Below, in pieces: positions 63,864-64,000 of a stretch of DNA of 64,000 bases (position 1 is the first letter of the stretch; each line of letters starts with the position of its first letter). Source of the DNA: Eledone cirrhosa. Its lineage: Eukaryota. The stretch is taken from the NCBI GenBank assembly GCA_964016885.1, contig OZ024740.1, forward strand, positions 131,068,001 through 131,132,000, given 5' to 3'. Under the pieces are notes generated by a model. It was not told the origin of the DNA and searched no databases. It saw nothing but the letters and a program-made list of their open reading frames with translations. The translations under genes and the position numbers were made by a program.

Positions 63864-64000
63864 ATACATTTCCCCACTAGGGGGCAATACTGACCAGATT
63901 TTACTTAAGAGCCCCAAAGATATTAAATCACCCTATTCTGCAGGAGCACAACCAAATGTTCTTATCATTTTTAATCACTGCAGCATGTTAATGGTCAGAG

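Overview
Eukaryotic (animal, probably mollusc/cephalopod, inferred from the SINE types) repetitive DNA with no supportable host gene. Bases ~1-57,900 are an almost uninterrupted stack of 16 non-LTR retrotransposon copies joined through short (TAA)n tracts. Seven are R4/Dong-like elements (RT plus C-terminal CCHC/PD..D restriction-like endonuclease; three families A, B, C), all on the + strand; the six that retain a 3' end finish in (TAA)n. Nine are Tx1/L1-clade elements (zinc-knuckle ORF1; APE endonuclease-RT-CCHC ORF2; four structural types T1-T4), all on the - strand and ending in AATAAA-like/(ATT)n where the 3' end is intact. Every copy is disrupted by stops, frameshifts, truncation or deletions. 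The last ~6 kb is AT-rich DNA with tRNA-derived SINEs and a 1.08-kb non-autonomous Helitron. Most notable: two unrelated endonuclease systems share one microsatellite target in opposite polarity; ORF1/5'UTR modules are swapped on a shared ORF2; a splice-donor-like hairpin is conserved at the ORF1/ORF2 junction; ORF1 has an unassigned conserved C-terminal domain; and a SINE tail matches the Tx1 3' terminus. Family labels are my own; boundaries were read by eye and are approximate to a few bases.
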